This document shows, piece by piece, positions 55,697 to 64,000 of a DNA stretch of 64,000 bases. The notes beneath the pieces were generated by a model. It was not told the DNA's origin and did not search any database. It saw only the letters and a list, made by a program, of their open reading frames with translations. The stretch spans positions 62,436,001 to 62,500,000 of the forward strand of contig NC_087437.1 in NCBI RefSeq assembly GCF_036321535.1. Reading direction: 5' to 3'. Origin of the DNA: Camelus dromedarius. Taxonomy: Eukaryota. Position 1 is the first letter of the stretch. Every line of letters begins with the position of its first letter. The translations under genes and the position numbers were made by a program.

Positions 55697-58600
55697 GTAA
55701 GTTTGCTGTGGACTGAAGGGGAACTTTGGAAGCAGGTGTGTGTATGCCTATCTTCCCATCTTCTCTGGCATTCCCCGTGAGGCACTGAGGCCCTAGGGTG
55801 GCGAGTCACATGTCAGGAAGAGCACTCACTGCAGAGGGCCCAGCCTCTGATGTCACACTGAGCCATGCCTGGGTGCGCAGGGTGTAGCCTGGGGACAGCA
55901 AGATGCTGCCTGTGATTGGCGACACAGCAGTGTGCACACGTGACATCACCAGTCATCAGTTTGTTTGGTTTGATCCCTTGGCTACAAACCATGTTCCTTC
56001 CAGGGGGCCAGGAGCAGAATGAGTGGCTCACGGCTGTCTCTTCCCTCATGGGGGGAATGAGCAGAGAGGAGTTCCCCAGGCACACACCTGGCCACTGAAG
56101 GGCCCGTCCTGAGCTCTTTCTTCAGGAAGAACAGGCATTCAGTGAGCATATGAATATTCAATGACCAGGGTTACGTGCTACTAAGGAACCCAAAAAGGCA
56201 GAGGAGCCTCAAAAAGTCAGTGATTCCATCTCGGCCTTCTCTGAAGCATGCTGACACACAAGTGCAGCAGGCCGGGGAAAGGCAGCTCTAAGGTGAACGG
56301 AGTCATGCAGAAAAAGCAGCCCTAATGTATTTGTATTTTATGGTTTTACTACCTCATCTATCTTTATAAGCTTTGTCAAATCCATACTGGAAAAATGTAC
56401 AATATATACATTCATATATATAAATTCAGAGAAGACCTCCTAAAGCTGGTGCGTTTTGATCTTGGCGGTGAACAAGGGTCCCATATGATTGGTGGCCAGG
56501 ACAGCAGGCAGCCAATAGGAGGCCCAGGGCAAGCGGCAGGCAGGGAGCTGAGCCCCGATGTGGAGGCTCAAAGCTGGAGGTACAGCCACCAACTGTCAGG
56601 GCATTAGGTTTGGCTTAAGGGAAAACAAGGAGTTCGTGCATCGGGATGACTGGATAAAAACAGGATCAGTGCAGTGTGGTGGGGTCAGCTAAATCCACAC
56701 TCGAATCCTGGCCTTGGCACCACTTGCTGTGTGACTAGGCAGGTGATTTAACCTCTCTAAATTTTTATTACTTCATCTGTACAACTGGGATAATCCAATC
56801 AACTTTTGAAACCCCGGGAGGAGCAAATGAGATACCCTTGGGAAGATTCCCTGTGCAAAGTGCCTGGAACAGAGTCAGTTTCAAAACATGTTAGTTCCTG
56901 TCTGTTTCCCGTCCAGAATAACAGACCCTGCAAGTGTGAGGGAGAGCTGGCCCCACAAGGTCATCTGGGGGTTCCCTGATGCTCTGGCACTCCTGTCATT
57001 CCTAAGAAGTTACTGAAAGGGAGCCAGCGGTGTTTGGAGGCAACCCCTCACCTGTGAGCTCAGTGTCCTGGGGAGGAGTGACTCCCTTCAGCTCAGGGGC
57101 CCTGCCCGGCACGTGGACCTTGGTTTCACTTTCAAAGGCATTTCTTAGACTCCAGACCAGTGCCCTTGCCTCTGATTCCCCAAGATCTTTTTATTTCCTG
57201 CCTAAATGTTGGAATGAGAAGGATCCTCAGAGTTTCTCAAACACTCGAAGCTCTGTTTGGACAGAGGAGGACACTCAGGTTCAGGGAAGCTGGGACTGGT
57301 CTTGGGCCACAGAAGACGGTGTCCTGTCCATCCTGGGTCTCGATCCCTGGGTGCTTAACTGCAAGCCGCGCTGTAGTCCTGCATTCTGCACCTCTTGTCG
57401 CGTAAGTGCGCGGCTGCTCCAGTGTTTCCTGTAAATGTTCTGTGAGTGGGACGTCTTGCCTCCTGACTTGGGGTGTGTGCTAGTAGGTTCTCTGAATCAA
57501 TGAATAATGGACGGCATTTCTTCCCTAGCCCCACTGCAGAGTTACACCGTGGATCTCTGGGCATCTTTCAACCGATAAAGAATTGCTTGTGTCAAGTACC
57601 CCTTTCTCACTGCCCTGTTCCTTCCACTCCCGCCTTCAAATCCTACTATGAGCAAATTACTGTAGGAAACTTTTAATTAGAATTGGAAGCCCATTTTTCC
57701 TTTTGGAATCCCTTTTTATGGGATGATTCCTAAAAAGCAGAATTTGGTTCATGTTTGGTTTTTCTTGATTGTTCTGCAGAACCCACATGGCGGTGAACAT
57801 TTCCCAAGCAGGCTGGCTATGTTTTCAAGTTTCTGTGTTTATTCAGATGTCAAAAGAGAATACAGGAAAATAATTAGACAGGAAAAATAGATCCTGAGTC
57901 TTAAAAAAAAACACGGACACTAATCAGAGAGGGAAGCAGGTTTTAACAGTCGTTTTTCTCTCTCTCTCTCAGTGGTTGTGTGACTTGATTCCTTTTGGAT
58001 AATGAAACAGAACTTGGCACAGCTGTTCTTAGGGCCCCAAATTGCAGCGCTGATTCGAGAGAGAGGCCCTTACGATGTCCTGGTCGTAGGAGGACTTAGT
58101 GTCTGGGGATGTGATGTGGGGCTGTATGCTGATGCTTCCCCCAGCCCCACCCTCCTTGGGATCAGTTCTTCTCTGGGTCCTATGTGCCCAGGCCCAATCT
58201 GCATGCACTTTGAACTGCCTGCTGGCTTCCTGGGCCTTTTCTGGGAATGACCCAGACTCTGTGTGGTGGATTACTGCTCTCTCTGTGCACAGGGAGGAAC
58301 ACACACCCATCTGTCTCTCTCAAAGCACAAGTCTGAGATTTTACATGTTGTTAAGAAATGTACTTCTGATTTTCTGCAGAAAGTGACACTTTCCTATTTC
58401 AGATGCAACTTCTACTTCTGGTTCACTCCGGGCTCCTAGATGCTAAACAAGTTTGTCCACAATGTTTTTACGTACCTTCCAGCAGGACCTTATTGTAGCC
58501 ATAGATTTCCTCTGAATGCACATCGAATAGAGATCTCTGGGCTATGAACTGCCATCTTACTGCAACCCCAGGTCTCCCTATGTGGGCCTCAACTGTGGAT

Positions 58601-58709
58601 TTAGAACAGTGGGTCGGGACTAGTGCTGGGAGATTTGAGAGTCTGGGAGGTCTGAAGACCTATTTGTTGAAGCTTAAGTTCAATTCATCAAGTAATGATT
58701 TCATTTCAG

Positions 58710-58876
58710 TCTTAGGACATCTGCAGCAAGATCTGAATTGCGTGCTGGTGACAAGGATGTTGACGTAGAAGTAGTAAACATCTTTAAGGAAACTACAGAA
58801 CTAAATGAGACTACAGTATCTAATGCAATTACAAAAGCAATTGAAGACAATGCAGATGTCTTTACAGGATATACTG
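58710..58876 (+). CDS. MUC13: Mucin-13 exon 6: SEA domain end (LRTSAARSELRAGDKDVDVEVVNIFKETTELNETTVSNAITKAIEDNADVFTGYT)
   Basis: Acceptor tttcag| (an alternative in-frame ttag| would start the exon at 58716). Donor CTG|gtaagt, phase 2/1. Confidence 0.88.
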
Positions 58877-59284
58877 GTAAGTATCAAATAATTTTATTCC
58901 ACATTTACCTGAAGACCTATCTAGGTTTTCATAAACTTTGCTATTATTTGTGTGAAGGGGGCCAGAAGAACTGGGTAATTGAATCCACAGACATCTGTCC
59001 TTTGACGTCCACAGACGAGTTTCCTTTGCACCGTCCTTTCTTCCTCCCTCCCTTTCCTCTCTCACGTGGCTTCTGCTCCTTCCTAACTGTCTCCTAAGTC
59101 AAAAAATGGACTAGTTTGTCCCTCTGCTTGGAAGGTAGTCTTGGACAAATAGCCTCTGGACATGGAAAGATGAAGAAGGAGAAAAAAGAGGGCTCTCTAC
59201 CAAGTTAGAGCTTTCCAAATGCTCACAGAAAGTTTTACTTATACTGTCTCTCCTCTAGGCAGACACACAAGCCCACAGCAGAGC

Positions 59285-59750
59285 TGTGACTGTTCATTTC
59301 TGCTGTGTTACAAACACCCCAAACTTAGTGGCCTAAAACAACCACCATTTATTTATTACCGCACCGTGATTCTCTGGGTCAGAATGTGGGCTGAGCTCAG
59401 CTGGGCACTTCTGCTGACCTAGGTGGAGCTTGGCTGCTCTCTGCTGGGCTCACTTAGGCATCTGCCGTTAGCTGCTGGGTGGGCCTCCTGGGGACCAGTT
59501 GATCTCAGATGATTCAGCGGGACGGTTAGTCTCTGCTCCACGTGGTCTCTCATCCCCCAGCAGGTTAGTCCCAAAGAGTTTCAAGAGCAGCAAGAGGGCA
59601 AGTTTCAATACACAGGTGTTTCTCACTTTCTGCTTATGTTAGAGTTACAACTGTCCTCAGTTCACATGACCAAACACAGTGTGCCCGGTGCTGCTAGGGG
59701 CGTGGATACAGGAAGGCAGGAGTAAACTGGTACTATGACTGCAACCAGCA
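59285..59750 (-). mobile_element. MaLR (MLT1-type) LTR
   Basis: Contains tgctgtgttacaaacaccccaaacttagtggcctaaaacaaccaccattt...gctctgctccacgtggtctctcatcccccagcagg-like motifs. Confidence 0.75.
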
Positions 59751-62436
59751 CAGCCGTCCTCAGGAGGTCCTCCCCTCAGAGGGAGCTGTTAGGGCCGGCT
59801 GGCCTGCGGGAAGTTCTTTATAACTGGTTCTTCCCGTGGCAACCAAATCCAAAGGCTTCTGCTGAGGAACAATTTCTCTGACTTCTCTGTAGCCTCTGAC
59901 ACTGGTGCCCTCCCCGTCCTGAAGTCGTCTTCTCTCTGGGCCTCCCCCCACCTTCCCCTGACCCCTGCCCGACTCCCTCATCCTCATTTTTGATCCTTCC
60001 AAGACTCCTCTTTTTGTCTCTTGAATGTTTGCTTTTTGATGTTTGGAACCTCCATGGCCTAGTTTGCAAAATTTATTTCTCTTTTTGAAAATATAAAGAA
60101 ATCCTGGTCATCGATCGTTTTCCGGCACCTTCTCTCTCTCTCTTTTATCTTTTTTTCAAGATTCCACAAAGATTCTCACTGTTCTCTCAGGACCTGGAAT
60201 ATAAATGCTCTAGAATAAAATACTTAAACTTTTGTCAGGAATGATGGGGGCTGCTCTGCTCTGTGTTCTTTCCGGGGACTTCAGTTCCCTTAGCCATGTC
60301 CATTCAACTCTTTTCCATCCAAGTATTATTCCTGGTGGAAGAGACACACACCCCTTCACTAATTTACCCATTTTTCATGTTTAACCCTTTACTCTGTGTC
60401 ATTGGACTCTTGCTGCTGTTTTGGGTTTTGCTTGTGGCAAACTTGAACTCATTTGGGACTCTAGACTGTGTCACATGTTTAATATTCCATCTTTGGTTCC
60501 AGGACCTTCTTTTCATATTTTGTTTCTGTCTCTCATCTGAGAGCTTCTGTGCAAACCATGCCAGTTTCTTAAGTTACAGACACTCTCCCACTGTATTTTT
60601 TTTCTACATCTATTGGGATCATTTGCAGCTGCACAGTTATAATCACATTTTCAGAGCTTCTTACCTTCTCTTCTACATTCATCTTCCAGAGTCTCGTGCC
60701 GTGGACCTACACCTTGTCCTTTCTGAACATGTCAACATTTACTCTAAGTCACACTCCTCTTTCTGGCTGTCACGTGATCCTTGTCTTCCGGGAGACCCAT
60801 CACTTCTGCCTGCCGATAAATTTCTCCTTGGGGTCAGAATTTGGCTGAGGGTAGCAATTCATGCAGTCAGAACCTCTCCCCCGGAAGGTGAAATTGTCAG
60901 CAGGGCAAGACAGAACCTTATCCTACGCTCTGCTTTGGGCTAGATGAGATCTCCAGCAAGTGCGAGGAAGTTGAGGGTTCCCATCAGCATGGGGACTGAC
61001 CGCTCAGAGTGGATACTAGATGAAAATAACCATTGTACCCTTCAGGACATAGTTGAGTACCCTTTGCCGTGCTCTCATTTGGTTCTACTTGGCTCTGAGC
61101 TCTGGCCAACTTGAAACCGTTCAGCCTCAGACTGAGAAATGCTCTTCTTTACCAGCTTCTCTCAGCATCTCCCCACTCTGAGACCACTCACGTACTCTGA
61201 GATACATTAGCAAATACCACATGCTGCCAGCTCGAGGTGGCCACAGGAGCATGAACCGCCCAGCAAATGGACGTGAGAGTGCCAAACTTCTGGAGAAAAA
61301 CAGCTTCTCCTGCTCTCTTGCTCCTGCTGCAAAGACAGATTCTTCTGTGTCAAAAGCTATAGAATCTCTTTCTCTAAGCTTTTAATTGGAGGCATTTTGA
61401 AAGGGCAGGTGATGAAGGAAGGTCAGGTATGGATTTGGGGTGTTTAGAAGAGAGTGAGCACGTATCTGCTCTACCTGCTCCTATCCCCTCCCCATCATCC
61501 ATCCTCACATTGCCCCATTTATCCCTAATGCCTTCCGCTCTGCTTCTAGACTAACGTACTTACCAGATTGCTTCCTCCTGCCATGCTTCTGGTCAAAATC
61601 GACCAATGATTTTCAGGCTTATATGATAAACATCAATGTCCTTAGCCTTGTGTTCAAACCCTGCTCTACCTGTGAATGAACAAAACAACGATTATTTGCT
61701 GAGTGGACACTTGCATTTCCATGATCTCATTCAATTCTCGCAACAATCACACGAAACAAGAATCATTAGCCTTAGTTCATAGATGGAGGGAATGTGGACC
61801 CACCACCAATGAAATAATTGAACAGGAAGCCCACAGCCAATCAACGGCAGAGCTGAGAAATCCTGACGTTCCCTCCTCACCTCTCTGCCTCTCTTCTGCT
61901 CACGTACAACTCCGTCACTCCCGGACAACAATCCTTCACTTCTTTTCATGCCTCACTTACTGCACTTCGACAGATTTTGTCTCTCCTTTGACTGTTCATA
62001 TCTTCCCCATCTTTCAGCACTTGGCCCAGTACCCACCTCCTCCACAATGTGACCTTTAGCTACCCGAGCCCCTGAGTTCCCACTGTTCCTAAGGCTGCTG
62101 CTGGATGTGACAGTCATGTAACTCTACAAAGATGGGGCCTGAAACTTACACAGCTACTGTGTCCCCTGTGGAATCCAGCAAAGAGCCAGGTGCAAAAGAG
62201 GTCTTGAAATTGAACATAACTGTACTGCACTGGATTGAATTAATTTGAATTGAGTAATATAGGATATAGATATAGAAGAAATGATTGGGGACTTGAATTT
62301 TAGAGTCTCAGGTCTTTATTTGTTAAATTCCAAACCTATTAAAAAGCAATTACCACAACAATTGAGTGAGTGCTTTACAAGTCACCTTATCCATACTGTC
62401 TTCCTAATTCATCTTTGAATTCTGTGTGCCTCTCAG

Positions 62437-62562
62437 AGCAAGACCGGTGTGACTACTATGGTTGTGAGAAGAAGAATGACCAGGACAACTGCTCCAGTGG
62501 TTTACTGTGTCAGTGCAAACAGGGGCTGGTGAGGCCCAACCCGCAGATCCCCATGTGTGTCG
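62437..62562 (+). CDS. MUC13: Mucin-13 exon 7: Cys-rich/EGF-like (EQDRCDYYGCEKKNDQDNCSSGLLCQCKQGLVRPNPQIPMCV)
   Basis: RCDYYGC...C.CK..L.RPNPQ.P.CV pattern of MUC13. Acceptor tctcag| and donor |gtaagg, phase 1/1. Confidence 0.93.
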
Positions 62563-62891
62563 GTAAGGGCTCCCTTGGTTCTAAATGTCCCTTTCCTCTC
62601 TCCTTATACATTTTCAAAATACAGACTGTCCTGCTCAAGTTCCCATGTGCATTTCAGAGTCTAAGGAGTGGGAATGTTGGCTGTAGACCTACGGACCTGG
62701 GTGGGGCCTTGGCTGAGAGCCGGTGAGGAGAGCCTTGTGCAGCTTCACAGGGGGCACATTACGTGCAGACCACTGAGCACTTCCTTTTACCTAGAAAGAG
62801 CAATGTGAAAAACACTGTATTCTGTGACATGTCACTTTGGATAGGAGGAGGTTGTGTCTGAAAATTACCCAGAAATCACTCTGTTTTGCAG

Positions 62892-63021
62892 CCTTCGGTC
62901 CAACCTGCGATGACACCTGCAACGCAGAGAACAAGCGGCAATGTTTAGTGAGGAGCAGCACGAGCGTGGACTGCGTGTGCCTGCCGGGCTACCGGGAGGA
63001 CAGTCACGGGGCCTGTCAACC
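62892..63021 (+). CDS. MUC13: Mucin-13 exon 8: EGF-like (AFGPTCDDTCNAENKRQCLVRSSTSVDCVCLPGYREDSHGACQ)
   Basis: Acceptor ttttgcag| and donor |gtaaga, phase 1/2. Cysteine spacing as in MUC13. Confidence 0.92.
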
Positions 63022-63149
63022 GTAAGAGAAGACACTGCTTTTTCATCTTGCCGTAGCTGAGGCTGAGCGAAAAGGATAGAGCTTGTAACAGATGTATGAG
63101 TTTAGGGTCAGGGTGTTGGCTCCTGCCAAAAGCTGGTAGGTACAGAGCA

Positions 63150-63412
63150 TCATGACCATGACTGTCATCATCACTATCGTCATCATAACCATCGTCGTTA
63201 CCACCACCACCACCAACCACCCAACACCACCTCTATCCCTGCCACCACTATCACCACCACCACCATCATCACCACCATTACACCACCATCATCACCACCA
63301 TCACCACCATCACCACCATCACCATCACAATCACCGCTACACTACCATCATCACCATCATCACCATCATCACCACTACCACCATCATCACCATCAGCAGC
63401 AGCAGCAGCAGC
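63150..63412. repeat. Imperfect (CAC/CAT)n trinucleotide repeat ending in (CAG)n, intronic
   Basis: Seen directly in the sequence. Confidence 0.9.
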
Positions 63413-63875
63413 TTTTGAACATCCTCTGTGTGCTAGGAACCACACTAGGTAATTCTTCTCACACAACAGCACTGTGCCCATTTTCAGGTGAGGAACCCGA
63501 AGCTCAAAGAATATAAATAACGTGCCCCACCTCACCGGGCAGCAAATATTCAGCAGGGCCAGGTAGGCCCACAGCCCGAGGGGGTCCTGCTATGCTCCGT
63601 GCCTCTCAGGCTCAGCCTCCCCTGAATTGCTGAATCCTCCTGGTGCTCACAGCATGAGCATTCATGGTAGCAAATGGAAGCATGTGGGATTGTGTGCCCC
63701 CCTCAACCTTCCAGGTTTAGCCAGGAAGATGGGGAGGGTAAGAAAGAAATGACGAAAAGAAGATGGAACAGGGAGGATAAAGAAAGAGATGCAAGGACCA
63801 TACGGAGGTTGGGTGGGAGGTCTGGCCTGCTCCCACAAGGCTCTTTACCACGGTTTCCTGCTCCTTGTGTTTCAG

Positions 63876-63913
63876 GTGTGCATTTGGCTACAGCGGAGTT
63901 GGCTGTAAAGACA
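63876..63913 (+). CDS. MUC13: Mucin-13 exon 9 (P-CAFGYSGVGCKD); transmembrane exon expected beyond the window
   Basis: Acceptor gtgtttcag| and donor |gtgagt, phase 2/1. CAFGYSG..CKD matches the MUC13 juxtamembrane EGF tail. Confidence 0.9.
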
Positions 63914-64000
63914 GTGAGTAGAAAAGTCTTGCTCTGTTATTCAATAACTGAGATACAAACCTTGACCACATTCAGAATCTGTCCAGTGCCCCAAGTCTCG

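Noticed and set aside
60263..60943. 226-aa hydrophobic ORF in MUC13 intron 6
   Set aside because: Starts at GTG, has T-rich low-information composition and no recognisable domain; the MUC13 exon chain is complete without it.
63152..63418. Poly-His/Thr ORF
   Set aside because: Intronic CAC/CAT microsatellite; exons 8 and 9 join in phase without it.

Overview
Mammalian (eutherian) genomic DNA. No Alu-, B1- or BovA-like SINE was recognised, and the L1/MIR/MLT1/MER content fits a laurasiatherian; a camelid is only a guess. The main gene is a + strand transmembrane mucin matching MUC13. I traced nine coding exons with consistent splice phases: signal peptide (33979), a giant PTS exon (35681 to ~46.8-46.9 kb), EGF, a three-exon SEA domain and further EGF-like exons. 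The transmembrane and cytoplasmic exons lie beyond the window. The PTS exon is ~11.2 kb (~3,700 aa) of 48-bp/16-aa units arranged in an 18-unit (864-bp) higher-order repeat. An in-frame TGA (46867) lies between two same-phase 5' splice sites (exon ends 46798 and 46903), so donor choice could switch between membrane-tethered MUC13 and a stop-truncated, potentially secreted mucin. Bases 1-2.4 kb look like a 3' UTR end, probably HEG1 by synteny (inference). The region from 3 to 33 kb is repeat-rich. It contains a hAT (Cheshire/MER58-type) transposon interrupted by an L1, itself interrupted by a ~1.3-kb local duplication with a near-identical core. It also contains a three-level L1 nest whose innermost member is an ORF1-only L1 with a splice-like junction. 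All calls are by eye, without database searches.
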